From positions 267,905-331,904 of the forward strand of contig JAQUQR010000001.1 of NCBI GenBank assembly GCA_028715985.1: a stretch of 64,000 bases of DNA, in the 5' to 3' direction. The position numbers and the translations under genes are program-made. Each line of letters begins with the position of its first letter. Position 1 is the stretch's first letter. The notes below the pieces were generated by a model, which had not been told where the DNA came from, searched no databases, and was given only the letters and a program-made list of their open reading frames with translations. Of this stretch, positions 53,829 to 64,000 are shown in pieces. Origin of the DNA: Methanocellales archaeon (lineage in GTDB: Archaea; Halobacteriota; UBA148).

Positions 53829-55045
53829 TTTTGATGGAAGTCAACTCAGATCTACATATACACTCTCGCTACTCTGCAGCCACATCTACCCAGATGAATT
53901 TTCCTGTTTTAGCTGAGTGGGCGTCAAAGAAGGGCATAGAGCTTATTGGGACGGGGGATTGTTTACACCCAAAATGGTTGGATGAAATCAAGGCATTGGA
54001 GCGCATAGATGACGGCACGTTTGTCATTGGCAATACGCATTTTGTCTTGACATGCGAGGTTGAGGATTCAAACAGGGTTCATCACCTTTTGATTTTACCT
54101 TCCATCTCCAAGGCTGAGGAGCTTCACGACAAATTTGCGAATTACTCTCTTAACATCAATTCAGAAGGCAGGCCCAAGATAAATTTGGATGGTGAACAAA
54201 TAGCGGAGCATGCAAAAGACGCAGGCGCTTTGTTCGGCCCTTGCCATGCATTCACGCCCTGGACTTCGATGTATGCTTATTTTGACAGTATTGAGGAATG
54301 TTATGGTTCAATGGCCTCTAACGCATCCTTCATTGAGTTGGGGCTGAGCGCAGACTCTGACTATGCTGACAGAATAGAAGAGCTGAAAGATCTGACATTT
54401 CTGACCAATTCGGATGCCCACAGTCCATGGCCAATCCGTTTTGCAAGGGAGTTTAACAGGTTTGAGCTGGAGTCCATCTCATATGCGGAACTCAAAAAAG
54501 CGATCTTGCGTGTGCAGGGCAGGAGACCGCTATTGAACGTGGGCATTCCGCCAGAAGAAGGAAAATACAACGAGAGTGCATGCATACGATGCTATAAACA
54601 CTACACCCTTAAAGAGTGCCTCATGAATAACTGGAAATGTCGGTGTGGAGGAACGATCAAAAAGGGCGTTCGAGATAGGGTGAATGAGCTGGCAGATTAC
54701 GCAGAGCCAAAGCACCCCTTGCATAGGCCGGCATATCTCAAATTGATCCCTCTGATAGAGATCATTGCCTTGGCGCTCAATGCTAACGTGAACTCTAGGG
54801 TTGTGATGGATGCATGGAACGCCCTCATGACAAAATTCGGCAACGAAGTAAAGGTTTTAGTTGACGCCAAAATAACAAAATCAGATGTGATAAACCCATC
54901 TATATACGATGCCATAATGGCTTTTAGAAATGGGCAGATACTTCTTTCTCCCGGAGGCGGTGGACGCTATGGGTGCGTGGAATTACCTGGGAGAGAGAGC
55001 ATGCCAAAAAATATAGCGGCCCAGAGTTCCTTATTTGATTTTTGA
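53825..55045 (+). CDS. PHP-family TIGR00375 protein (endonuclease Q-like)
   Basis: DLHIHS, GTGD, HAFTPW, NSDAHS, GGGGRYG. Confidence 0.88.
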   Translation: MILMEVNSDLHIHSRYSAATSTQMNFPVLAEWASKKGIELIGTGDCLHPKWLDEIKALERIDDGTFVIGNTHFVLTCEVEDSNRVHHLLILPSISKAEELHDKFANYSLNINSEGRPKINLDGEQIAEHAKDAGALFGPCHAFTPWTSMYAYFDSIEECYGSMASNASFIELGLSADSDYADRIEELKDLTFLTNSDAHSPWPIRFAREFNRFELESISYAELKKAILRVQGRRPLLNVGIPPEEGKYNESACIRCYKHYTLKECLMNNWKCRCGGTIKKGVRDRVNELADYAEPKHPLHRPAYLKLIPLIEIIALALNANVNSRVVMDAWNALMTKFGNEVKVLVDAKITKSDVINPSIYDAIMAFRNGQILLSPGGGGRYGCVELPGRESMPKNIAAQSSLFDF

Positions 55046-55280
55046 AGGCGAATATTTTTATAGCAGGGGTTACCTATGAAAAGGGGAACATTGACATGGT
55101 CATCATGGAAGCGACAATATTGGAAATTATGCTTAGCGTAAAGAAGATCTGGGATTTTATCTTGCTTGTGTGCCAAAATGGCATAAGAAATATGGCAGAT
55201 TCTCCTGTTTCCAGGATATTATCTTTTGCTTGATAGGTTTCAGCACTATGACAAATTTTAATGGTTAGGGTAGGTAAAAG

Positions 55281-57209
55281 ATGGATCAAAAAGCTATAAA
55301 CATACTCAAAACCAGATTGGATGAAAAATCTTACCAGAAATTAATCAGAATAGATAACCCCAAGCTTCATCAATTCATTGCCAAGTACGTAGAGCTATGT
55401 AACCCGACTAAAGTTTTTGTTTGTACAGATTCTGCAGAGGATATCCAGTACATCAGAGAAGCGGCAATAAAAAACAGAGAGGAAGCGGAACTTGCCATAA
55501 AGGGGCATACTGTACATTTTGATGGGTATTATGATCAGGCTCGGGATAAAGAAAAAACCAAATTCCTTTTACCTAAGGGTGTGGACTTGGGACAAGGGAT
55601 AAATGCCATAGATAGGGACGAAGGCATCAAAGAGATTAATACTATTCTAAAAAACATTATGCACGGGCATGAGTTATATGTCAAATTTTTCTGCTTGGGA
55701 CCCATCAATTCTGAATTCGTTATACCCTGTGTCCAACTCACCGATTCCAGCTATGTAGCACATAATGAGGATTTATTGTACAGGCAAGGTTACGGAGAGT
55801 TCCTTAGGATGAACGATGATGAGCAGTTTTTCAAGTTTGTACACTCTCAAGGAGAGTTGGAGGAAACAGGGCTAGGATTGTGCGTCAGTAAAAACATTGA
55901 GAAGCGGAGGGTGTACATTGATCTCCAGGATGAGATCGTATATAGCACGAACACACAATATGGCGGCAACACCATCGGACTTAAAAAACTAGCAATGCGT
56001 CTGGCAATAAACAGGGCTTCAAAAGAAGGCTGGCTGACAGAACATGTGTTCATCATGGGAGTTCATGGTCCAAGGGGAAGGGTAAGTTACTTCACAGGAG
56101 CCTTTCCATCTATGTGTGGAAAGACTTCTACGACCATGGTGGAAGGGGAGACTATAATTGGGGATGATATAGCCTATCTCAGAAAAATAGGCGGAAAAAT
56201 CCGTGCAGTGAACGTGGAAAAGGGAATATTTGGAATAATAGAAGGCATAAACTCCATCGATGATCCGTTGCCATGGAAGGCTCTTCACGGTACCGGTGAG
56301 ATCATATTTTCAAATGTATTGGTTACGGAAGACAAGGATGTTTACTGGACCGGTAAAGATGTGGAGTGTCCCAAAAAAGGTGTCAATTACTCCGGCGAGT
56401 GGTTTCTGGGCCAGAGAGATGCAGACGGCAAGGAAATACCGCCTTCACATAAAAATGCCAGGTTTACATTTGACCTGAATATTTTAGATAATGTAGACCC
56501 TAAACTCAATGATCCTGAAGGTGTTGTAGTGAGTGGCATAATCTACGGCGGTCGGGATTCTGATACTTTGGTTCCGGTGGAGGAATCTTTTAATTGGGTC
56601 CATGGTGTTGTAACTAAAGGTGCAGCGTTGGAATCTGAAACTACCGCTGCCAGCTTTGGAGAAGAAGGTCGAAGGGTATTCAATCCCATGTCGAATCTGG
56701 AATTCCTATCCATACCTATGGGTAAATATATAAAGGATCATCTAAATTTTGGATTCGGTTTAAATAAACCGCCCAAAATCTTCTCTGTGAACTACTTCTT
56801 GAAAGATTTGAATGAAAAATTCATGAATCATAAAAATGATAAAAGGGTCTGGCTTAAATGGATGGAACTGCGCTCGTACGGGGATGTGGGGGCAGTGAAA
56901 ACTCCAACGGGATTGATCCCTCGGTATGGGGACCTAAAGAAGCTGTTCAAGCAGGTGATCAACAAGGATTATTCAGAAGAAGAGTACTCTGATCAGTTTG
57001 CCCTGAGGGTTCAGGAACACTTGGCAAAGATTGACAGGATAGTTGAAATTTACAGGACCAAGGTTCCGGATACACCCAGCGTCATCTTTGAAGTTTTGGA
57101 GGAGCAGAAAAAAAGGTTAATCGCCGCAAAGGAAAAATTCGGTAATTATATCTCCCCAGAGAAATTTCCTCCCGTCCCGGCAGAGAGCCAGAAACTGGGA
57201 AGAATCTAA
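55281..57209 (+). CDS. pckG: GTP-dependent PEP carboxykinase
   Basis: DQAR, YGGN, GWLTEH, AFPSMCGKT, GDDIAY, H.NARF. Confidence 0.93.
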   Translation: MDQKAINILKTRLDEKSYQKLIRIDNPKLHQFIAKYVELCNPTKVFVCTDSAEDIQYIREAAIKNREEAELAIKGHTVHFDGYYDQARDKEKTKFLLPKGVDLGQGINAIDRDEGIKEINTILKNIMHGHELYVKFFCLGPINSEFVIPCVQLTDSSYVAHNEDLLYRQGYGEFLRMNDDEQFFKFVHSQGELEETGLGLCVSKNIEKRRVYIDLQDEIVYSTNTQYGGNTIGLKKLAMRLAINRASKEGWLTEHVFIMGVHGPRGRVSYFTGAFPSMCGKTSTTMVEGETIIGDDIAYLRKIGGKIRAVNVEKGIFGIIEGINSIDDPLPWKALHGTGEIIFSNVLVTEDKDVYWTGKDVECPKKGVNYSGEWFLGQRDADGKEIPPSHKNARFTFDLNILDNVDPKLNDPEGVVVSGIIYGGRDSDTLVPVEESFNWVHGVVTKGAALESETTAASFGEEGRRVFNPMSNLEFLSIPMGKYIKDHLNFGFGLNKPPKIFSVNYFLKDLNEKFMNHKNDKRVWLKWMELRSYGDVGAVKTPTGLIPRYGDLKKLFKQVINKDYSEEEYSDQFALRVQEHLAKIDRIVEIYRTKVPDTPSVIFEVLEEQKKRLIAAKEKFGNYISPEKFPPVPAESQKLGRI

Positions 57210-57799
57210 GCTGTGCGTCCTATTAAGAAGGTCGGTCCATAGCCTTGGTATCACGGCAAAAGCGAAGAGGAGAGAGATGTGATGTTCGAGATCACCTTGG
57301 TCAACCACTAAGAACTTCTTAGATGGCATGTTTACTGGTAATAAGAGAAGAGAGGTGTAATCTGGGATCTAGGTATGAGCGCATTCGTCTCAACACAGGT
57401 CTGCCCTTTTTGCAGGATCTTGGGGGTGATGACCATGTTAATCACTACAGGTGGCATCGTCTTTCACATAGTCTCAAAATCAACTCCTGAGCCGTACGCA
57501 GTACAATCGAAAAACCACATCTGGCGCTCAGTCCGAGATCAGATATGGTTGCCGGAGGTAACGCAAAAATTGAAATAAGAATCCTATTTTGGTGTTCAGG
57601 CGTCGAAAAGGGTGGAAGAAGTAGTTACAGAGTTTGGCATAGCTGAATTTTATTCCTAGGAGCAGCCGGTTGATACGCGAAAGGATGGACCATATTGGGT
57701 AATGCCCACACTTGGATGTTACCATTGATACCATTATATTAAGAGTTAATCCTTTCCTACTTCAAAAAACTTAAATATCGACATGATGTACTCGGAGAT

Positions 57800-57964
57800 G
57801 TGATTGTCAATAAAAATAAATGCTTTTACTGTGGGGCATGCGTTGCAGTCTGTCCCATGGGTGCAATAGAGTTGATCGAGACGTGGATTGAGATCAATGA
57901 AGATTGTAATGATTGCGGCATTTGCGCTAAGATATGCCCTGTTGGTGCCCTGGGGGTAAAATGA
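57800..57964 (+). CDS. 2x[4Fe-4S] ferredoxin (absent from ORF track)
   Basis: CFYCGACVAVCP and CNDCGICAKICP; overlaps GGR start. Confidence 0.92.
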   Translation: MIVNKNKCFYCGACVAVCPMGAIELIETWIEINEDCNDCGICAKICPVGALGVK

Positions 57965-59127
57965 GAGACCGCTATGATGTCATCGTCGTGGGTGCAGGCC
58001 CAGCAGGATCTATGGCAGCAAAGACTGCAGCTGAGCACGATTTAGAAACACTCTTGCTGGAAAAGAGGGTGGAAATAGGCGATCCGGTTAGATGCGCAGA
58101 AGGGGTGGGCAAAGAAGGATTAAAGCAATTCATCAAACCCGATAAGCGTTGGATTGCTGCAGATGTCCAAGGAGCGAGGATATGCTTTCCCGGAGGCATA
58201 AAGATCGAGATGTCAGAGGTCGGTCCTGAAGTGGGCTATGTTCTCGAACGAAAGATATTTGACCGAGAGCTTGCAAAGCAGGCGGCAAAAGCCGGTGCAG
58301 AAGTAATGGTAAAAACAAGGGCAGTTGATTTGATTAAAGAGGACGGCTTCGTTAGAGGCGTCAAAGCAGAACATCTCGGAGATTCATTTGATATTCATGC
58401 GGACGTCGTGATTGGTGCTGATGGCGTTGAAAGCAAGGTTGGACGGTGGGCAGGCATCAATACGACCCTTAAACCAAAGGACATCGAAACCTGTGCTCAG
58501 TTTCTGATGACTGATGTTGACATTGATCCATGTTATTGTGAGTTCTATATAGGTAACCAAATTGCACCTGGGGGTTATGCATGGGTTTTTCCCAAAGGGA
58601 ATAACGAGGCTAATGTTGGCCTTGGAATATCCGGAAGCAGATCAGAGGTGCGTCCTATCGAACATCTAAAACGTTTCGTAGAGAAAAAATATCCCGAAGG
58701 GCAGATCATCGAAATGATCATGGGGGGGGTGCCTGTAACGGTTCCTACCAAGACTACCACAAACGGGCTAATGCTCGTGGGTGATGCAGCTAGGATGTCA
58801 GACCCTCTTACGGGCGGAGGTATTATCCATGCGATGAAGTCGGGAACTATGGCTAGTGAAATTGCATCGAAGGCGGTACAATCAGGAGATTCGTCAGTTG
58901 AGTGCCTTAACGAGTATGAAAGACGCTGGCGACCAACCATTGGTGCAACACTACAGAAATCCTACAAGGCCAAAGAATGGCTTTTAAAACTGAATGACGC
59001 AGAATGGAATTCCATAGCCTCTTCTATAGTGGGAATTAACTTCAAGGAGCTTACAGCGTTTGGGTTGTTGAAAGAATTGACACTGCGCAATCCCAAGTTA
59101 CTTTGGGATCTAAGGTCCCTATTATGA
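57961..59127 (+). CDS. digeranylgeranylglycerophospholipid reductase
   Basis: GAGPAG, PVRCAEG, YAWVFPK, GDAA, GGGI. Confidence 0.92.
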   Translation: MRDRYDVIVVGAGPAGSMAAKTAAEHDLETLLLEKRVEIGDPVRCAEGVGKEGLKQFIKPDKRWIAADVQGARICFPGGIKIEMSEVGPEVGYVLERKIFDRELAKQAAKAGAEVMVKTRAVDLIKEDGFVRGVKAEHLGDSFDIHADVVIGADGVESKVGRWAGINTTLKPKDIETCAQFLMTDVDIDPCYCEFYIGNQIAPGGYAWVFPKGNNEANVGLGISGSRSEVRPIEHLKRFVEKKYPEGQIIEMIMGGVPVTVPTKTTTNGLMLVGDAARMSDPLTGGGIIHAMKSGTMASEIASKAVQSGDSSVECLNEYERRWRPTIGATLQKSYKAKEWLLKLNDAEWNSIASSIVGINFKELTAFGLLKELTLRNPKLLWDLRSLL

Positions 59128-59145
59128 ATGACTATCTAAGGTGAA

Positions 59146-59802
59146 TTGGTCATGTACGCGATAATAGTTGGGTGTGGAAAGATTGGCAGTCGTCTTGCTC
59201 AGTTATTATCGTCTAATGAAAATAATGTCGTCGTCTTGGACAGAGATTTGACGAAGTTCGAAGAGATCGACAAAAGTTTTGATGGGTTGACAATCGAAGG
59301 AGATGGGACCGATCAAGACGTTCTGAAAAAGGCTGGAGTGGATAAAGCTGACGTTTTTATTGCGACGACAGAGGATGACAACACGAACTTGATGGCTTGC
59401 CAGATTGCAAAGCAGGTGTTTAACGTAAGCAGAGTCATAGCTCGGGTTAATGACCCCAAAAGGGAACCCCTCTTTAAGGAGCTGAAAATAGATGCCATTG
59501 TCTGTCCTACAACAATAGCTGCGGCTCATCTCAGGAATGCCGTTATGTATCCCAATTTGGCTACAATACTGACGGTGAATGGCGGGAATATTGAGATCAG
59601 TGAGATACGGGTCCAAGGTTCAGCCAGCGGAAAGGCACTTAAAGACCTAAATTTGCCAAAGGAATCCACCATAGCAGCAATTATAAGGGACAGAAAGACG
59701 TTGATCCCTTCGGGAGATACGATAATCCAAGAAGGTGATGTTGCAGTCGTGGTAAATTTGGCTGCTATCTCTGATGAAGTCAGGAATATTTTAAGTAGGT
59801 GA
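59146..59802 (+). CDS. trkA: TrkA potassium uptake regulatory subunit
   Basis: GCGKIG RCK-N and RCK-C domains. Confidence 0.92.
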   Translation: MVMYAIIVGCGKIGSRLAQLLSSNENNVVVLDRDLTKFEEIDKSFDGLTIEGDGTDQDVLKKAGVDKADVFIATTEDDNTNLMACQIAKQVFNVSRVIARVNDPKREPLFKELKIDAIVCPTTIAAAHLRNAVMYPNLATILTVNGGNIEISEIRVQGSASGKALKDLNLPKESTIAAIIRDRKTLIPSGDTIIQEGDVAVVVNLAAISDEVRNILSR

Positions 59803-59812
59803 AATATCCTCA

Positions 59813-61255
59813 TTGAATGATGATCGAATGATAAAGGGCGATCTAGGGACTATATTACATTATATCGGGCTAATGTTACAGCTTTTTGGCGTGCTTGTAG
59901 CTGTCCCTATACTTGTAGCTCTATGTTTTAAAGACGGATTCTATGTGATCCTGTCGTTTGTTACAGTCGCTGTACTCTCTTTATTGATAGGCTATATACT
60001 ACGAAGAATTACGTCACCAGGGGATTTGAGCCTTAGAATAGCAATGGTGATTTCTGCCCTCACTTGGATTACCTTGGCAGCTTTTGGTGCTCTGCCCTAT
60101 GTCCTATGTGGAATCCTCTCATTAGAAGACGCATTGTTTGAGGGTATGTCTGGATTTACAGGAACAGGTCTAACGATGTTTTCATCTACAATGGGGGTTG
60201 AATGGCTATCATCCGGGTACCAATCCATTTTGTTCTGGCGTAGCTTAACGCAGTGGATAGGAGGAGTAGGTGTTATCGTCCTATTCATTGCGATAATGGT
60301 TCACGGAGTTGGTGGGGCTGCTAGGGGATTATATGCTGCAGAGGGCCGGGCCGAAAGAATCGAACCCAGCATCATCAATACAGCGCGTTGGATATGGAAA
60401 GTCTACGTCGCCTACACCTTCATAGGAGTAATATTGCTTTGTATCGTAGGCATGCCGTTATGGGACTCCATAAATCACACTATGACTGCATTAGCAACAG
60501 GCGGTTTCTCGATAAAAAACTTAAGCATTGCGTCCTATGATAGCGTTGCAGTGGAGCTTATGTTAATCCCAATTATGGTTTTTGGTGCCATCAGCTTTGC
60601 TCTTCATAAAAAATTGATCGAGCTGAAATTTCGTGAGATCATCCGAAGCCCGGAGATAATATTGATGGCCTTGACGTTGTTGGCGTTGACGCTCTTACTG
60701 ACATTGGAGCTAGGAAACTTTAGGATGGCATCGTTCAACGTGATCTCTGCGTTGACTGGTACGGGGCTTACCAATGCAGAAAACATGGGGCAATGGACTG
60801 ACTTCTCAAAAATATTGCTCATCATTCCCATGATTATGGGCGGGGGCTATGGGTCTACATCCTCTGCTCTGAAGCTCATTAGGTGCGCCATACTTTTAAA
60901 GTCGATCATATGGTTGGTAAAAAAAGATTTCCTGCCACGCTCAGCTATCGTTCCGTTTAAAGTCGGCAGAACAGTCATAAAGGAGGAAGAGATAACGATG
61001 GCTGGATTATACGCATTTGTTTATCTGTTCGTCCTCACACTCTGTTCAATGGTATTTATGGCACATGGTCATTCTATGGTGAACTCCTTTTTTGAGGTCG
61101 CCTCTGCACAGGGCAATGTCGGGCTGTCGGTTGGGCTGGTCACTCCTAGTATGATGCTTGGTGAAAAGATCACTTTGATCCTTGTCATGTGGATGGGTAG
61201 GCTTGAAGTATTTCCAGTATTGATGCTGTTGGCCAATATGGTTAAGCGTTCTTAA
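59813..61255 (+). CDS. trkH: TrkH potassium uptake channel
   Basis: SGFTGTG, QWIGGVG, ATGGFS, GNVGLS, GRLE. Confidence 0.93.
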   Translation: MNDDRMIKGDLGTILHYIGLMLQLFGVLVAVPILVALCFKDGFYVILSFVTVAVLSLLIGYILRRITSPGDLSLRIAMVISALTWITLAAFGALPYVLCGILSLEDALFEGMSGFTGTGLTMFSSTMGVEWLSSGYQSILFWRSLTQWIGGVGVIVLFIAIMVHGVGGAARGLYAAEGRAERIEPSIINTARWIWKVYVAYTFIGVILLCIVGMPLWDSINHTMTALATGGFSIKNLSIASYDSVAVELMLIPIMVFGAISFALHKKLIELKFREIIRSPEIILMALTLLALTLLLTLELGNFRMASFNVISALTGTGLTNAENMGQWTDFSKILLIIPMIMGGGYGSTSSALKLIRCAILLKSIIWLVKKDFLPRSAIVPFKVGRTVIKEEEITMAGLYAFVYLFVLTLCSMVFMAHGHSMVNSFFEVASAQGNVGLSVGLVTPSMMLGEKITLILVMWMGRLEVFPVLMLLANMVKRS

Positions 61256-61270
61256 TTCCATAGGTGGTAT

Positions 61271-61939
61271 TTGACCATGTATATCGTGATAGTTGGCGGA
61301 GGAAGAATTGGTACTTTTCTCGCCAGCACGCTTTCGAAGGAAGGGGAAGAAGTTGCCCTGATCGAATCCGACAGAGATATTTGCCAGAATTTAGCTGAAA
61401 AACTCAACATTTTGGTAATCAATGGTGACGGAACGGATGCAAAATATCTGGAGGATGCTGGAGTGAAAAAAGCAGATGTATTTGTTGCCGTCACTGGAGA
61501 GGACAAGGTGAATCTCGTTTCTTGCCAAATGGCCAAAAAGAACTTCAATGTTCCTCTCACCATAGCGAGGGTCAATGAGCCGAAAAATGAATCTGTTTTC
61601 GAGGGGTTAGGCATCGATGTTGCGATCAGTTCCGTAACAGCGGTATCGATGATTATAAAGAATGCCGTTACTTCTGGAAAATTAACCACGCTTTTGACCC
61701 TGAAAGAGGGCAATGTTGAGTTGGTGGAGCTTCATGTACCTGAAGACTCACCTGCGATCAATAGAACGATCAAAGACCTCGGTCTACCAGATGAATGTAT
61801 CCTTACTGCAATTATCAGGCAGGGTCACTTGATTTTTCCAAAGGGCAAAATTATGATAGAAGTGGGCGATCTCATTGTGGCTCTCACCACCGCTGAGCAC
61901 GTTGATGATTTAAAAAAGACGATCTTAGAGACAAAATAA
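61271..61939 (+). CDS. trkA: second TrkA subunit
   Basis: GGGRIG, GDGT, ARVN. Confidence 0.92.
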   Translation: MTMYIVIVGGGRIGTFLASTLSKEGEEVALIESDRDICQNLAEKLNILVINGDGTDAKYLEDAGVKKADVFVAVTGEDKVNLVSCQMAKKNFNVPLTIARVNEPKNESVFEGLGIDVAISSVTAVSMIIKNAVTSGKLTTLLTLKEGNVELVELHVPEDSPAINRTIKDLGLPDECILTAIIRQGHLIFPKGKIMIEVGDLIVALTTAEHVDDLKKTILETK

Positions 61940-62584
61940 ATGAAAATTGCTGGGGTTGATGAAGCGGGTAAAGGACCAGTAATAGGATCCATGATCGTTG
62001 CGGGAGTCATGGTGCAAGAGGACATGCTTCCAATGTTGGAAAGAATGGGGGTTAGAGACTCTAAAGCGATTTCACCAAAAAAACGAGAGTTTTTAGCGGG
62101 TAAGATCAAAGAAGTCGGGGTTTGTTATACATTAGAGCTGTCCGCTAGTGAGATCGATGCTCTTCGTAAGAAGACAACTCTGAACGAAATCGTCGTGGAA
62201 AGCCAAGTGAGAGTGCTCAAACAGTTAAAACCTGATGAAGCGTTCTTGGATGCAGCTGATGTGGACGCTGATAGGTTTGCACAGAAAGTGCTGGCCGGGT
62301 ATGGCAAAAACATCAAGATCACTTCAGAGCATAATGCGGATGTAAAATACCCTCTCGTCTCTGCAGCTTCGATTATTGCAAAAGTAAGGCGGGATGAGAC
62401 TATTCGAGAACTGGAACGCCTATTAGGAAAAAATATCGGGTCCGGATATCCATCTGATATTCGTACAATGCATTTTCTGGACGACTGGATAAAAGAGCAT
62501 GATTCATTGCCATCTTTTGTGCGACATTCATGGAAGACTGCCAAGAACGCATTGAAAAGGCATGAGCGATCACGTATGATTTAA
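61940..62584 (+). CDS. rnhB: ribonuclease HII
   Basis: GVDEAGKGPVIG, DSK, AASIIAK, GSGYPSD. Confidence 0.96.
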   Translation: MKIAGVDEAGKGPVIGSMIVAGVMVQEDMLPMLERMGVRDSKAISPKKREFLAGKIKEVGVCYTLELSASEIDALRKKTTLNEIVVESQVRVLKQLKPDEAFLDAADVDADRFAQKVLAGYGKNIKITSEHNADVKYPLVSAASIIAKVRRDETIRELERLLGKNIGSGYPSDIRTMHFLDDWIKEHDSLPSFVRHSWKTAKNALKRHERSRMI

Positions 62585-62614
62585 ATAGGTTAAGGGCCAC
62601 TATCTAATGGTGAT

Positions 62615-62992
62615 GTGATGATAGGAACAACAGAATTAATGATAATTTTGGGTATCGCTGCCCTTATATTTGGCAGTAGCAAACTTCCTAGCATCGCCAG
62701 AGATGTTGGAAAAGCGCTTGGTGAGGTTAACAAGGCTGAAAAGGAGCTGGATAGGCTTAAAAGTGATTTTACATCAGAGATTCAATCTTCCATACAGGGT
62801 CCTATTCAGTCCACCATGGAATCTGCTGAACCTACCATGCAGTCAGAACCGGTACCAGAACAAGTACCAGAGAAGAAATCTGATGATACCGATAACATCG
62901 AAGAGCCCCATGAGCCTGATATCGAAGGGAGGATAAAAGACGAGGCATTTAAGTACATCGGCTCCAGGTTCAAGTCAAAGATTTTCAAATAA
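62615..62992 (+). CDS. tatA: TatA/B translocase subunit
   Basis: IGTTEL, FGSSKLP.IAR..GKA. Confidence 0.85.
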   Translation: MMIGTTELMIILGIAALIFGSSKLPSIARDVGKALGEVNKAEKELDRLKSDFTSEIQSSIQGPIQSTMESAEPTMQSEPVPEQVPEKKSDDTDNIEEPHEPDIEGRIKDEAFKYIGSRFKSKIFK

Positions 62993-63183
62993 AATCGATT
63001 TTTCTCGATACACAGTTAGGTGGTAGGATTATAACTCCCGCTCTTTTGTGCAGTTTGCATGAGAGATCTTTTTATCCTTGATGCGGTTTTAGAATCTGCA
63101 ATCAATATGCATATATGATATAATATCGAAATGTTTCGGCAGGACTTGATAATATGGTGTGGCGAATTAATGTGTCTCATCTA

Positions 63184-64000
63184 TCAATGGCCAAGGTACT
63201 GCTCCATGATCTTTAGTGCACAAAAATCTCCACACATCGTGCAGGTCTCCCCAGGTGAATGGATCTGTCTTGCTCTCTTTCCATCAAGGGCAAATCTAAA
63301 CTGCCCCTCCCAGTTGCGGTGACGTCGCATTTTAGCTAAGTTGAAGTCCTGATCAGAGAGACCATATTTCATCGAGTCTCCGATATGGGCGGCAATGCGA
63401 CAAGCGATCGTGCCCTCACGAACGTGATCTATGTTGGGAAGAGCAAGATGCTCGGATGGAGTTATGGCGCAAAGATAATCAGCACCCGCTCCACTGGCAA
63501 GGCTGGCGCCAATACAGGCAGCTATGTGATCGTAGCCAACTGCGATGTCAGTAGGGAGTGGGCCTGAAACAAAAAGCGGTCTATTGCCAGTGATCTTCTT
63601 ATGGTGTCTAACGTATGCAACGATATCTTTGGCAGGAACATGGCCCCCCATGCCTTCGACGATAGTCTGCACGCCAACCTCATTGGCACGTCTTGCCAGC
63701 TCTGCGTTCTTTTGAATCTCTGATAGCTGGGGTTTATCGCTCATGTCATGGACGCATCCACTTCTCATGGCATTGCCCAATGAAAGAACGATATCCCTTC
63801 TCAGGAGTATTTCTAAGATCTCCTCATACCTTTCGAGAAAAGGATTCTCTTTCTTATGCGCGATCATCCATGCAGCAGTAAATGCCCCGCCTTTAGATAC
63901 CATCCCCATGATGCGAGTTGCCTTTTTCAATGAGGTGAGCGTGTCCAAGGTGAAACCCGCATGGATGACTACTGAACTCACGCCCTCTTGAACTTGCTTT
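63184..64000 (-). CDS. thiC: ThiC/BzaAB-family radical SAM enzyme, 5'-truncated by window edge
   Basis: GMVSKGG, GGHVP, GYDH, EHLALP, CTMCGDFC. Confidence 0.85.
   Translation of the reverse strand, partial: KQVQEGVSSVVIHAGFTLDTLTSLKKATRIMGMVSKGGAFTAAWMIAHKKENPFLERYEEILEILLRRDIVLSLGNAMRSGCVHDMSDKPQLSEIQKNAELARRANEVGVQTIVEGMGGHVPAKDIVAYVRHHKKITGNRPLFVSGPLPTDIAVGYDHIAACIGASLASGAGADYLCAITPSEHLALPNIDHVREGTIACRIAAHIGDSMKYGLSDQDFNLAKMRRHRNWEGQFRFALDGKRARQIHSPGETCTMCGDFCALKIMEQYLGH

Noticed and set aside
57375-57734. Short ORFs downstream of pckG
   Set aside because: No recognisable protein features on either strand.

Overview
Archaeal chromosomal window of Halobacteriota/Methanomicrobia type, judged from MC1, DNA gyrase, ArtA, archaeal primase, PCNA, aIF2-alpha and geranylgeranyl reductase. 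The backbone is housekeeping: aro/tyr, gyrBA, thiL, dcd, intron-containing tRNA-Arg(TCG), arg genes, mptD-pssA-psd-artA, replication and translation genes, a NikR/nickel uptake cluster, PEPCK, trk, rnhB, tatA and a partial thiC. Three visibly AT-rich accessory patches interrupt it. (1) ~3.4-8.8 kb holds small genes separated by attC-like sites plus a collapsed type I R-M/MNT-HEPN remnant. (2) ~18.0-19.6 kb holds two unrelated small genes, each inside a duplicated promoter/leader/terminator frame. (3) ~27.3-32.7 kb holds an HD-CE + eIF2B-like fusion gene (one in-frame TGA) coupled to a TIR gene, followed by an integrase-less attC cassette array flanked by a duplication of the mptD 3' end. The best candidate for a new system is the TIR / HD-eIF2B-like module, a possible nucleotide-signalling defence system. 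It is followed by an attC-like site and shares a 19-bp palindromic operator with the genes at 18-19 kb. All protein calls come from motif recognition by eye, not database searches.
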